Shown here: one piece after another, positions 12,830-25,130 of the stretch
Numbering within the stretch: position 1 is the stretch's first letter
Layout of the letters: each line of letters begins with the position of its first letter
Origin: Isurus oxyrinchus
Taxonomy: Eukaryota
Assembly: GCA_026770705.1 (NCBI GenBank)
Contig: JANJGN010000041.1
Coordinates: 5,456,001-5,520,000, forward strand
Length of the DNA stretch: 64,000 nucleotides
Reading direction: 5' to 3'
The notes under the pieces: model-generated
What the model saw: the letters and a program-made list of their open reading frames with translations, nothing else
Database searches by the model: none
Told to the model about the DNA's origin: nothing
Program-made: the position numbers and the translations under genes

Positions 12830-14200
12830 TATTGGTAATAGCGGACATTTCATTAAATGATGATGGGCCAATTTGTGAGGAGTTGGGAAACATCAAGGGG
12901 ATCAAATACTTGTGGGAGTTGTGAATAGCCCAGCAAACCACAGTGCTAAATTGTGGCGTGGTATACATCAGGAAATTCGTGCTGAATGTAACATGGTTAA
13001 AGTAGGAAAATTAGAAACTTCAGTTTGCAACAAGACCATCGTTAAGCAAATCAGCACTAATAGCATGCAAGAGGAATTCATTGAATGTATCCTAGCTTGG
13101 TTTCAGAACTAGTAAGTTGAGGAGCCAACTAGGAATCGAGCTAGACAGGATTTAGTGCTCGATCATGCGAAAGACTCAAAGCATTTCAGTGCTCTCAATT
13201 AATCTTTGGGAAATAGTCACAATAAAGTGATTGAGTTTTGCAATAAGTATGACAGCGATATGCTGAATCCTGAAACTTGGTGGTTAAATCTGAATAAAGA
13301 AAATTCTGAATGTAAGAGAGGCAAGTTGGCTATAATAGATTTCGAAAGTAAAGGAAAATGTTTGTTAGTGGACAGGGAATGGCGAGTATTTAAGGAAATA
13401 ATGCACTGTCTACATCAAACAAGCATTCATCGAAAGCTCAACACAGAGACAGAAAGAAAACTCAACCGAAGTTCCCAATGAAGTTAGATATCGCGCTTCA
13501 TGAAATGAAATGATTTATCATGGTGCAAGAGAAAAAGTGGTAAATCTGAGGTTTGGGAGAACTTTAGAACCCAGAAAGTGAGGACCAAGAAACTGATTTA
13601 TAAATGGGAAGAGAATGTAATGCAATCCAGTTAGGAACATAAAGCGCAAGTCTCGGAACTTTACATGTAGGTAGGGGAATATTTATCATGGAGAACAGGG
13701 AAACATCATGGTAACGAAACAATAACTTTTCGCCTGTCGTCACAGAAGAACTTATAGAATATTTCCAAGATAAGCTAGGCAACCAAATGAGTTGTGAAAC
13801 AGGGAAGCGAAAAGGAATAAATAGTTTTACAGGAAACGGTAGTGCTTGACATGTGAACTGGATTGAAGGTTAAATAATTTGCTGGACTAGAATTGCTTCA
13901 TCTCAAGAGTGCTGAAGGAGGAGGCTGAAGAAACAATGGTTGCATTGTTTGTTTTGTTTCAAAATTCTTTAGTTTCTGCAAAGCCTCCAGCGAATTATAA
14001 AATATCAGATGTTGCATCACAATTGAAGAATATAATAAGATGGTCGAGGGAGAACTGCAGACATGTTAGTTTTACATAAGAATTCTGGGAAAAGTTATTA
14101 GTACGGAGGTGATAACTGGGTATGTAGTAAAGAATGATAACATTGCACAATCTGATCAAGGATATATGAAAGGGAAATCATGTTAGAAAAACAATTAAGC
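12830..14200 (+). mobile_element. Degenerate CR1 LINE ORF2 (endonuclease to RT start)
   Basis: Remnants GVVNSPAN, QEEFIECI, EPTRNRARQDLVL, LGNSHNKVIEF, WRVFKEIM. Paralog at ~61490-62830. Confidence 0.75.
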
Positions 14201-14645
14201 AACTCACTGCATAAAGAGACTCCACATATATCCAGATTTTCAATGCTGCGAGGGCCCAGCATATCAGTGGAAAATGTAAAGCTAAAGCCCTCTCAAAGGT
14301 ACCGAATGGATGAGGCAACTTGGCCTCCTCCATAGGTTCCCAAAATTACAGATGTTAGTCTTCAGTCAAGTTTATTCACACTCTGTGATATCAGGAAGCC
14401 GCTGAACCTCTGGATACTGCAGGACGGTGGGCACGAGAATATTTCGGCAATTGTACTGAATGCTTGTGCACTCGATATTGCCCTATGGCATAGCCATGCT
14501 GCTCCAGTACAGATTCAACACTGGCATCTACTCAAATATCAGAAAAATCGCCCAGGTACGAGGTACAGAAAAATGCAGCACAAGCCCAACCTGTTCATTA
14601 ACAGTCGCGTGAGCCTCCATTTGATAATCAGGAAAGTAATGGAAG

Positions 14646-15378
14646 AACACCTGCAGTCTGTCCGCAAGAATGACCCAAACCTCCCTGTCGCTTGCCATTT
14701 TAACACTCCACCCTGCTCTCTTGCACACATGTCTGTCCTTGGCTTGCTGCATTGTTCCAGTGAAGCCCAACGCAAACTGGAGGAACAGCACCTCATCTTC
14801 CGACTATGCACTTTACAGCCTTCCGGACTGAATATTGAATTCAACAACTTTAGTTCGTGAGCTCCCTTCCCCATCCCCGCCCCCTTTTTGTTTCCCCCTT
14901 CCCTTTTTTTCCAATAAATTATAAAGATTTTCCTTTTTCCACCTATTTCCATTATTTAAAATTAAAACACCCCCACTAGAGCTGTACCTTGAGTGCCCTA
15001 CCATCCATTATTAATTAGCACATTCGTTTAGATAATATCACCAACTTTAACTTTAACACCTATGTGTTCTTTTTTACTATTGTTGTTGACATCTTTTGAT
15101 GATCTGCTTCTATCACTGCTTGTTTGTCCCTACAACCACACCCTTCCCCCTCCACCTCTCTCTCTCTCTCTCCGCCGCCCACACACACACCTTAAATCAG
15201 CTTATATTTCAACTCTTTCTTGGACTCGAACTCAAGTTCTGTCGAAGGGTCATGAGGACTCGAAACGTCAACTCCTTTCTTTCTTCGCCGATGCTACCAG
15301 ACCTGCTGAGTTTATCCAGGCAATTCTGTTTTTGCTTTGCTTTGGATTTCCAGCATCCACAGTTTTTTTTGTTTTTAT
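14646..15378 (+). mobile_element. 5'-truncated Penelope-like retroelement (GIY-YIG endonuclease C-terminus plus 3' region), flanked by a 12-bp TSD
   Basis: Frame EHLQSVRKNDPNLPVACHFN…LEEQHLIFRLCTLQPSGLNIEF is typical of a PLE GIY-YIG end. Direct repeat aagtaatggaag at 14634-14645 and 15379-15390. Empty site in the paralog at 63280-63291. Confidence 0.9.
15235..15273 (+). ncRNA. Minimal type I hammerhead ribozyme-like motif in the Penelope-like 3' region
   Basis: agtt-CTGTCGA-a-gggtc(atgag)gactc-GAAA-cg-tc-aact. Stem I agtt/aact, stem II gggtc/gactc, vestigial stem III. The core reads CUGUCGA rather than CUGANGA. Confidence 0.6.
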
Positions 15379-16789
15379 AAGTAATGGAAGGGTTCATCAA
15401 GCGGCATCTGATCAGCAGTACTCTGCTCATGGAGGCTTAGTCTGTTTCCAAAAGATTCAGTCTGTTCCTAATAGCATCACCGCCATGGTCAAAATATGAG
15501 GTAACAGCTTGACTCCAGATGTGACGTGATAGTGACCACACCTGATATCAAGGGAGCATATGATCACTTGTGGCATCAAGGCGCCCTCAAATAAACTGAG
15601 TCAACGTGAATTAATGGGAAAACTCTTCGTTAGATGGAGTCATATCTGGCACAAATGAATATTGTTCTGGTAGTTGCAGAAGATTCATCTCAGTTCAAGG
15701 ATGTCACTGCAGGAGATGCTGAGGATTTTGGCTAGTCCTCAGTACCATCAGCTGCTCCATCTATCACCATTCTTCCAACATAAGCTCATAATTGTTGATT
15801 TTCGATGACGATTGCACAATGGACAGTGTATTTGCAATGCCCCAAATACTGACCCGTCCATGCCCAAATACTGGAATGCTTGGATATTATCCAGGCTTGT
15901 GGAGAGAAGAGGCAAGTAACGTTCATGACACATAAGTACTTAGCATTTTTATCTCCAAAAAATAAACTAACCATCGTCGCTTGGCATAAGTAATATTATA
16001 ATTTCCGAAACCACCGCTACCATCATCCTAGGAACAAATGTTGACCAGTAATTGAACTGGCCAAACCATACAAATACTGTGGCTACAAGAGCAGGCCAGT
16101 GGATAGGGAATCTGCCGCGAGCAGATCACGATCTGACTCCCCACTGCTGGGCCACCACCTACAATACACAACTCAGGAGATCCCGGAACAATGCTGCTCC
16201 AACAGCCCTCAGCATCCTCAAAACCATCCATGACAAAGTTGGATTGGCAGCCCTTCAATAAGCGTGCACTCCCTCCACCAGCAACGAACAATGATGGCAG
16301 TGTGCACCAGCTGCAATATTTTCCTCAGGAGTACAGCCCTCTGCCTTAGACAGTACATCGTAAATCCAGAACAGCTGCCATCTAGATGGACAAGAACAGC
16401 AGGCACATGGGAAAACCAGCACTTGCAGGTTTTCCTCCCCGCTACTCACCATCCTAGCTTGGGAAGATCCGCGTTCCTTCATTGTCGCTGGGTCAGACCC
16501 TGGAGCTACCACCTTTAACTGAACTGGTGGTTTATCTGCAACAAACGGACAACCAAGGCTCAAGCATTGTATTCCCCACCACCTTGACAAGTGTAATTAG
16601 GACGGGCAGTCAATGGCTGCCTAGAACAGCGATACTAACATTCCGTAAATTATAAAGAAGAATGTAGACATGTTAACAAGTTGAGAATTTTTCCAACTTT
16701 TCGTCACTATGTGGCATTCTGTTCATAAACAATGACTGCAATGATATTGAATTTATTCAACGTAGATGTAGAAAGATTTTTTGGTACAG

Positions 16790-17350
16790 CAGGGAGTTAT
16801 GGGTTTTGGACCATGTCGGAAGTTCGAGTACAGAGGGCTTGCAGTCCGTTCTGACCTTAGTGAATAGTGGAGCAGGATAGGAGTGTCGATTGATCTGCTT
16901 CAGACGCTCAGCGCTATATTCAAATCTTAACTTTTCCCTAATTGTAAACAACAAACATACATATTTACTCCTGTGCTCCAATCCTCTTACAAATAAAGCT
17001 AACGTGTCATCTGCCCTTTTAAGCGATTTCTTTACACACAAGCCCTCGTGTTTCAAAGTTTTTAAATATTATACTCTGCTTTAATAATATTAGTGTCGAA
17101 GTCAGTGAATTCACACTTCGACACATGACACTTCATGTAACATCATATTGACAGCTCAATTCATCATTCTATATCTCTCTGCAACCTTTCTGATCTCCCC
17201 CTCAGCTAATCATTCTCCTTAGGTCTATATGATCAGCAGGGTTTGATACATAATTCTTTGTCCCTACTCTCGAGTCATTAAGATTCATTTTTGGAGCCAT
17301 TCAGCAACTTTCAGCCTTTTAAATAGGAACAAGATAATGCCATTCTCAGC
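16790..17350 (-). mobile_element. Degenerate CR1 LINE ORF2 3' fragment
   Basis: Minus-strand remnant …ADDTLALFVRGLEHRSKYVCLLFTIREKLRFEYS… resembles the CR1 C-terminal region. Confidence 0.55.
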
Positions 17351-18102
17351 GTCAGGCATTTTAGAATAGGTCTACAATGCCTCGAGCCAGTTCTACAGAA
17401 ATAGAAGAAGGCAATTTTGTCTTTCTTTTGTTTTTGTACAGACGAGGTGGGGGAGGGATTCAGACTCTGCCAATCCTATTACACAGGGAACGGGGGGTAA
17501 CACAATTAATTCTATTTTCTACCCTGTAACACAGGAGCTGGGGGATGTCATTTAGCACCCACAGCCTGTTGCCGTGGAACTCTGCGGGGGAATGACTGTA
17601 CTGGAGCAATAAACACGTCATTGGAATGCTCCACACAAGCCCTAATGGAGGGCACAAATTTGAAAAAAAAATGCTCCTCTTGTAGAATTGCATATGCAGC
17701 GGAATATCAATGTTAAAGATTTCTTTGTTGTTGATGGTTTTCATGATATGACAGTAACCAAGTGGAAGCTGTACTGTATGTTTCTGGCGCATGCGACCCT
17801 GAGGAATGGGGGATACATGTTGGTGAATTGATGTTGCCAGATGATAACAAGGGTTTCAGTTAGCTCTCCCCGACATCGGTTTGTGTACCTCCTATTTATG
17901 ACAAGATTTAAAAGAAGAAATGTTGGGCGTTTATGGTCAAGGAACGGATAANNNNNNNNNNNNNNNNNNNNNNNNNNNNNNNNNNNNNNNNNNNNNNNNN
18001 NNNNNNNNNNNNNNNNNNNNNNNNNNNNNNNNNNNNNNNNNNNNNNNNNNNNNNNNNNNNNNNNNNNNNNNNNNNNNNNNNNNNNNNNNNNNNNNNNNNN
18101 NN

Positions 18103-20150
18103 ACAATATGATTGAAAGTGTCCTCCACTTTCAAGTGGGGAAGAGTGTGCCTGAGTCAAGTGTTTATGTGTAAAGATGGACATCTATTTGGGCATGAAAG
18201 CTAAGTGAGCTGATGCGAATGTGAATATTAGGCTTGGTGAGAGGTCAAAGGAGCAGCAGTGGCTGGCAGTTAATGAGGCATTTCAGAAGACTCAGAGTAC
18301 GTATATCTCTGCAGTAAAGAAAGATTCTTAATGGAGGACCCACCATCCACGGATAATTAAAAAAGTTAGTGAAAGCAGTGAGGTAATGGAAAACAGAATA
18401 AACCGTGCAAAGTTTGTTGCCAGGTCAGGTTATTGGCCAGTTTAATAGTAACATCAAGGAATGGACTAAATGGTTACCGGGAATAAGAAATTAGAGTCTG
18501 AGGTGAAAAAAAAAACCTAGAAATGTAAAACGTATAGAAACAGTTTCATCAGAGTTTTTTCGAAAGGAGAAGAGGCAGTAAAGGGAGTGATATTCCCTTT
18601 CTGCATTAAAAAGAGAGTCAATATTAGCTAATAAGGGAATGGGGAAATAAATGAAGGCATATTTTGCTGCTGTATTCAGCACACAAGTAACACAAATGTT
18701 CCACTCATTGCTGGAAAGCAAGACAGGAAAGGAAGAGGTATCTTGGTGAAATCACAATCACTAGGAAAGAGGTCCTAAACAAACTGATGGAGCTGCAGGC
18801 AGACACGTCTCAGGGACCTCTGGAACATCATCCTAGGATCTTAAAAGAGGTGGCTAATAAAGTGGTAGATGCGTTTTTGCTTAAATTCCAATTTTAACAA
18901 TTTTCGGGAAACATTCCATTCCAATGGGAGCACGAAAAGAACCTCACAATTCAACAAGGACGGGATATGGATAACAAGACACTATGGGCCAGTTAGCTTT
19001 ACATCTGCCATGGGGACGGTGCTAGAAATGATCAGGCAGAAGTTTATAGCTGGGCATTTAGAGATAATCAAGATAATTGGGAACATTATCCATGGTATTC
19101 TGAAAGGGACGTCTTGTTTAACCATTATTTGCCGTTGTTTGAATTATAGACATGCATTGTGGATAAAGGGCTGATTTTGTATGTGCTGTATTTCGGACTC
19201 TCGGAAGTCATTTGATAAGATGCCACATCAAAGTTTAGTTTAGATGAAAAATGTTCATGGCCAAAGGGTTAACTTATTAGCATTGATAGAAGATTGGGTA
19301 GCCAGCAGATTAGAGAGACGATGGAGCATAATCTGGGATAATGGGAAGTTGTCACTTTGGCACAGACAATGAAAATAAAACTGGGTAATGATTAAACTGA
19401 GAAAGGCTGCAGGATTCCGAACTGCAGGAGAATCAAGCTGGTCAAGTACATGAGTTGGAGAAAGTGGCCATGCAGGGAGAGCATGTAGTTTCAGAATGAA
19501 ATGCTATGCTTTTTTTGTGATGGGAATTGAAATTAAAAATAAGGATGCTATGCTTCACTTAAGCAGATCATTGCTGAAATCTAGAATTTTGTGCGTCGTT
19601 TTGATTGCCCTGTTTATGCAAGGATGTGGATGCCTGGGGGCGCTTCAGAGAACGCTCACTAGGTTGTCACCTGGAATGAATGGAATGTGTTGTGAGGAAA
19701 CTTTAAGAAGATCGGACTTGCCTGCACAGCATTTTACAGGAGGGGGGGAAATAATTGAATTCTATGCGAACCTGAAAGCTTTGTCGAAGGCTGTGGGAAT
19801 CCATCGTTGATGTTTTGGTTGAGCAGCGAATTAGGAGTCTTTTTTTTTTAAATTGCTTTGCCCTTGTAGCACACAGTTTTTCTACTTGTTTGTGTGCGTT
19901 TTTGTTTGTTTCTCCTCGAGGTTATTCTGACGTTTGAACTCTCTGCATTAGAAGGCCGAGGAGGCCCGATCACTGAATATTGTTAAGATGGAGGCCAATA
20001 TATTTTAGCCAGGAAGATTAATCAAAGTTTATAGGGTTGGTTGGGATTTTGGTACTTGAAAAAATCAGATTCTCCAAGAACTTAATGAAAGGAGGAGAAG
20101 GCTCAATGTTCCAAATAGCCTATGTCTGCTCAAATCTTCTGTGTTTGTAT
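18103..20150 (+). mobile_element. Degenerate CR1 LINE ORF2 and 3' UTR
   Basis: Remnants HYGPVSFTSAMGTVLEMI, HGILKGTSCLT, DSRKSFDKMPHQ, GIEIKNKDAMLHLSRSLLK, ALQRTLTRLSPGM. Confidence 0.75.
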
Positions 20151-21009
20151 GTTCGTAATCGTGACAACATGGACCAATTTGATCAAAACAATATAAACTT
20201 AAAATTTATGTTCTTATCAGAGCGGTAGAGTTCAGAGTGCACAAAGGCGATGGATGAATGAGGTTTCGTGAGATTTTGATATTAGGCAGCAGAGTTCGAG
20301 ATGCGCTTTGATTGTACAGATTTGTAACTGGGTTTTGCCAGGAAAATAATTAGTAAAGTTGAGCCTGGATTTCTCAAAAGGACAGGTGAGACCTTGAGCA
20401 GCAGATGATCTGGAGTACATGTTCTGATATAATGTTGGGGATCGAGTGATAAGCTTTGGTTGAGTGTGATGATATGGAGGCGCTTGTCATTTAGTGTCAA
20501 GTAGATGGCAAAGGTTCTGCACTGTCTGTTTCAGCATCAGATATTAGCCAGATACTGGTCCAGGAACGCATATTGTTTAGAAATTAGGAAAATGTCCGCC
20601 ATCTTCACATTCTTGAGCACCGCATATGTTAATGCCATGAATCATGGATTTTAGGCATAACATCTGGATATAATGATTTAACAGGAAGTCCGCCAAAGCA
20701 ATGATAGGAGAATGAGTTAACAAAATCATCAGTAAGTTAAGAATGGGTTGCCGAGTTAATAACTGGACGCCGAGATTCAAAAAATAAATACAAAGCAGGG
20801 CACATTAAATAGCTAGAATAGCAGCGTCAAACATCGCCCATAGAAATACTCACTGAGTAGAGTATCTTATTGGGGCACAAACAGTAGCCACGATAACTAA
20901 GAAATATATTAAAACACTGGTCCGAAATGGGTCAGTTCGGCTTAGTTATCCACTAATCATTTGCAGAAATAAAGTTGAAACTGTAAGATAATCCACTGCC
21001 CCTTGTTTG

Positions 21010-21210
21010 TACATTCCATTCTATTGTTCCTACATCGACTGCATTGTGGTAACATTCGAAACAATTGATCTCAGATGCATATTCAGTTTTGCAACATTCA
21101 GTTCGTTTATTCTCAGATTCAAATGCATTCTGGAACATTGAATTCTGTTGTTCTCAGATTCAAAATGCATTGTTGTACCATCCTAATCTATTGTTCTCAG
21201 ATTCAGAACT
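21010..21210. repeat. Degenerate ~41-bp tandem repeat (4-5 units)
   Basis: Recurring ttctcagattcaaatgcatt…acatt…tgttg core. Confidence 0.55.
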
Positions 21211-21296
21211 GTGTAGGCAAACTGGGTAAATGTTGCTCGAAAATGGAAATCCAACGGCAAAGTGGAGTCTCATTGACTGCCGCAGCGCCAGGCCTG

Positions 21297-21368
21297 TTTT
21301 CTTTAGTATAGTGGTGAATATCCCCACCTTCCACACGGGACATCGGCGTTCCATTTACCAATGGGGAG
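21297..21368 (+). pseudogene. Decayed tRNA-Asp(GTC) gene copy 1
   Basis: Gap-free 72-nt alignment to the vertebrate tRNA-Asp consensus (ttagtatagtggtgaatatcccc…cggga…gttcc…ggggag). Acceptor stem and B box are damaged, and the anticodon position reads TCC. Confidence 0.75.
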
Positions 21369-22394
21369 AAAAGTCATTGTTTGAATTGTGCGCTGTGGAA
21401 TATGTGGTCATGCTTTTGATTAGCAAATCGGTTTTCATCTCCCCATGATGATTTACCTAAAGAGCAGTTCCTCATCACTTGGGACAGAAGACAGATTTGC
21501 AAGTATACATTGTGAGTAAAAGTTTCTGGAAAGATCTGGGTATCAAAATCCCCTCTCGGTAACGGCACTTCAATCCATCATGCTGTCTGCTTCCATCTTG
21601 GAGACATCGCAATGTTTACACAAAATTACGCATCCCAACGTTTATCCAGGGCACTTCATTCAAATGAATGAATCGACAACGGCACAAGTCATATCAGATT
21701 TTTCGATAACCGATGAGGTCAACGTAATTCACATCAAAACCACGATTGAGCATCCAGGCCGAACTGACGACAACCCGCTCCAGGTAATATCACAGCTTTG
21801 CATCACCCGTAACCGAAGCTGTTGAAGCCTGAAATAAGTTTGCTATGGCCAGAGTGCCAACTGAAATGTACTCAATGTATTTCGCTAAGCACCAAACTGG
21901 CAAACGCAGAAAGGAAAGAACATTTGAAGTCACGAAAATGTCCATTCCACATTCCACACTTAAACGCCATTCTTGAATTTAGTCATTACTTGTGTTATGT
22001 GATCACTTCCCTTCAGCATATATAAATTCAAGCCAAAAGAAATAACAACATTGCATGCAGTCGTCTCAAATTACCAAGATAATCTTGTGCAAAAACAGAT
22101 TTTCGCCAAGAATCCCCTGGTTCTGTCAGCAACGCATCAAATATTTGCCGCCTGGTAATTTGTTGCACTTCAACTAACCTTCTGACTGTCAAATGAGTCT
22201 GGATTTTGAACGACACTCAATAAACTCTTCAGAACACACGGTGCTTAAAAGTGAAATAAGCTATTCGATTTCACTTTTGCATGCAACCCGAATTATGCAT
22301 GGCTTGTTCCTCACACCTAACAGGTTCTCTCCCAAGTGAGACGAACAGGTGAAAAAAATGTCCGCTGGGCGAGAAAACCAATCAATTTTAATAG

Positions 22395-22495
22395 ACAACT
22401 AAATTATTGGAAAAAGTCAGCAGGCCTGAAAAAATCTGTGGAAAGTAAGACACGGTTTACTTTACGAGTCTGTGTGGCACTTCCAAAAAACGGTA
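22395..22495 (-). mobile_element. Penelope-like 3' end fragment
   Basis: tggaaaaagtcagcaggcctg…atctgtggaaag is the reverse complement of the tail seen at 15285-15320 and 42990-43030. Confidence 0.5.
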
Positions 22496-23378
22496 ATTTT
22501 TAAACTTTGTTTGGACGTGTTTGTAGATGTTGCTTTAAGCAGTCTATCCTCACCACATTACTCCACTCCTCTTTAGGCAGTTAACATTCAGTCTGAAATG
22601 AAACTAGCCGTGTGGATATCCTATCCAGTCGCCTCATAAACGAATAAATCAAATCACGCTCTCCCCATGTAGCCTCCGCTCCTCTGACCTCAACTCCCTC
22701 TGCTGGTCCTCAATTCTGCATCGACAGCTTTTCAGAAATTGATGATTTTTAACCCTTCGATCGAACGCCCTTTTTTATTTCTGTGCTGAAAGCTGATCAT
22801 GAGATTTCAAGCTTTTTGTTATCCATTCTGCATGACGCCCCTTTCGTACACGGATCCTATTGCTGCACTAAGGCTTTATCTCTGAAGAGGGACCAAGAAG
22901 GACATAAGATAGAGAGTGACATAGCCCATGATTTGGAAACGTTGCTTCTGTCAATATTGCTTATGTTGCTGCATGTAAAAGAAGAAATTAGCCTCTTCCA
23001 ATACTGGTTATATGTCGTGTTTAGCATCTGACAAATTGACATGGTTTTTGCGGATATTGGAAATAGAGCAGCGAGTGTCACTGCAGCAGAAAGGCGTTTG
23101 AAGCGTATGGCCGACTTTAATTCCTTTCGAATTCTTTGCGAGACTTTGTGAGTGAAGAAATGCGTGAAATAGCTGAGGAAGAAGCAGCTTTGCTTCAGCA
23201 CAACGGATAAAACCGATGCCATTCAACGATTTTTAAGAAAGAAGATTTATCCAGTATAAACCGATGGAAGGTAAGTGTCTGCATTGAGCAGGCAAAGTGT
23301 GTAACTATTGCTTCAAAATGAAAATCTCACCGCAAACTGGAACCTTACTGGCTCCCTTGGAAAGCAGAAGCAGGCCGC

Positions 23379-23450
23379 TCCTCGTTCGTATAGTGGGGAG
23401 TATCTCCGCCTGTCACGCAGGAGACTGAGGTTTAAATTCCCGACGGGTAG
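23379..23450 (+). pseudogene. Decayed tRNA-Asp(GTC) gene copy 2
   Basis: tcctcgttcgtatagtggggagtatctccgcctgtcacgcaggagactgaggtttaaattcccgacgggtag. About 11 mismatches to the vertebrate tRNA-Asp-GTC consensus. Anticodon GTC intact; B box GTTCGA changed to GTTTAA. Confidence 0.85.
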
Positions 23451-24009
23451 ACAAGTCCATGGTCATATATTGCGAGGTCGAAAGCGTTACCATGCTTTTG
23501 ATTCGCAAACTGCTTTTAATTTCCACAATGTGATTGACAGAATGGGTATCTACAGGAGAGAAGGCAGATTTGCTCAAATATAAAATGAGCAGATTTTCTG
23601 GACAGATGAGTTTATCAAAATCACTTGTGATCAACGGCGCTTTCCGCCATTATTGTGTACCCTTACATCTTGTAAGCGTCGAAACGATTACCAAAAATAA
23701 CGCATTTCCATATGTGTCCACTGCTTATGCTGCCTGAGTTCCTGGTGCTGGTGCAGCACATCAATGTCGATGGAGTATTGAGTGCACGCTTTATATTCGG
23801 AGGTTAGTACATCTCTCATGAAGCATTAAGAGAGAGAGGCGGAGGCAATTCAGCCAATGGAAGCTGCGCTGCTTTTCATTTGCAATGTAGCTGACATGTG
23901 TCGGAACTCCATCAATGCACACTGGCTCCATGACACTTGAACATTTTTCAAAATGAAAGCTACCAAATGCAGTTTTTAAAATGATTCATTTGTTTTCTAA
24001 ATTAACCTC

Positions 24010-24450
24010 AAAACACCATGTTGTTAATCCTTGTCTCCTCGTACTACCCCTCTCCCTGTTGTCACTTACTGATATATTGCATCATTCATATACCACGTTT
24101 CCAAATCCCGAGATCTGCTCATCCCCTCCTTATCTCTGAAATCATCTCCTGCCCAATAATTAATTCAGGTATTAATGGTTCTCGAATTCACCCCTCATTT
24201 GCTTTCCTTGGCAGGAATGCATTCTGCTGCTGGAGCCTCGAACTCCTGTATTCCGTCTGTTAGCCTCTCCACCTCTCTCTTCCCGTTTTAGATAATCGCT
24301 AAAATAAAATGTTCTCATTTGAACTTGAGGTCGACTATTCTTAATATGTTTCGGGGTGGGTTTTGGTAATTTATCCCACTCTCAGCCTTCTGTGTGGCGC
24401 CTTGGGACATTTCTTCACTCACCTGGAGGGACAAAGATATCACCTTGCTA
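24010..24450 (+). mobile_element. L2-like LINE 3' end fragment
   Basis: Resembles an L2 3' end (…gcattctgctgctggagcctcgaactc…gtggcgccttgggacattt…). A related fragment lies in reverse orientation at ~31655-32090. Confidence 0.5.
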
Positions 24451-24479
24451 ACTGGGCAATGCAGACGCCTCCGTTCATC

Positions 24480-25130
24480 TCAGTTTGACACGATTGGAGC
24501 GCTCTGAATATGGCTGGTCCCATATCCCTCACTTCTAACACAGTCTGAGGACCGTGTGCAGTGTTGGTGTCTGTATCCCTCTGGTAGAGCACCCTTGGAG
24601 AACTGTCCGCAGTTCTGGTCTCCATATCACTCGGTTAGACCACACTTGGAGCGCTGAGCAAAGTTCTGGTCACAATACCCCTCGGATTGTTAACATTTGT
24701 AGCGCTGTGCACATTTCTGGTCTCCATATCCCTCGGTTAGACCGCACTTGGAGCGTTGTGCACAGATCCGGTCTCCATATCCATTCGTTAGCCGAAGCAT
24801 GGAGCTCTGTGCACAGTTATGGTCTAATATGCGTTGGTTAGACCACACCTGGAGTATTGTGAACAGTCCTGGTCACCATACCACTCGGTTAGACCCCACC
24901 TGGAGCACAGTACACAGTTCCAGTGTCAATATCTCTCAGTTACACCATATAAGGAGCACTGTGCACGCTTGTTGCCTCCATTAGCCTCGGTTGGGCCGCA
25001 TGCAGAGCACTGGAAGCAGCGCTGCTCTCAGTATCTCATGTTTAGACAGTACCTGGAGCACTGAACACAGCACTGATTTTACTATCGAGATGTTAGATCA
25101 CACTAGTTACAGTGTGCACAACTCTTGGCT
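24480..25130 (+). repeat. 51-bp minisatellite array derived from CR1 ORF2 (~12-13 units)
   Basis: Unit starts ctcgg at 24630, 24681 and 24732. Consensus CTCGGTTAGACCACACTTGGAGCACTGTGCACAGTTCTGGTCTCCATATCC encodes SVRPHLEHCAQFWSPYP, matching the CR1 motif LVRPHLEYCVQFWSP. Confidence 0.9.

Larger units (their letters stand above)
1..16097 (+). repeat. Segmental duplication copy A (paralogous to ~48618-64000)
   Basis: Colinear similarity by eye. Position 1 taagcattgccggaatcccctgtggctttgg matches 48618 taagaattgtcggacttccctgtggctttgg. GPCR acceptor 7251 matches 55445. 16081-16097 ggctacaagagcaggcc matches the window end ggctacaggagcaggcc. Confidence 0.95.
14200..16660 (+). mobile_element. Degenerate CR1-clade LINE RT and 3' end, interrupted by a Penelope-like insertion
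   Basis: Remnants HKPNLFINSRVSLHLIIRKVME, DIKGAYDHLWHQG, LNWPNHTNTVATRAGQ, plus a 3' tail near 16600-16660. Paralog at ~62830-64000. Confidence 0.7.

Noticed and set aside
17741-18183. ORFs spanning N runs (also 27363-27617)
   Set aside because: Artefacts of assembly gaps.
23379-23450. Functional tRNA-Asp gene
   Set aside because: B box and T-loop are broken (GTTTAA), stems have mismatches, and no T-run terminator follows immediately. Called a pseudogene.
24630-24760. TGTGCACA cores as tandem metal-response elements
   Set aside because: Most units read TGCACAG, not the MRE core TGCRCNC, and the motif is explained by CR1 ancestry.
24480-25130. CRISPR-like appearance of the regularly spaced repeats (also 31030-31650 and 36160-36535)
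   Set aside because: The whole 51-bp unit repeats with no unique spacers, it derives from CR1 ORF2, there are no cas genes, and the context is a vertebrate genome.
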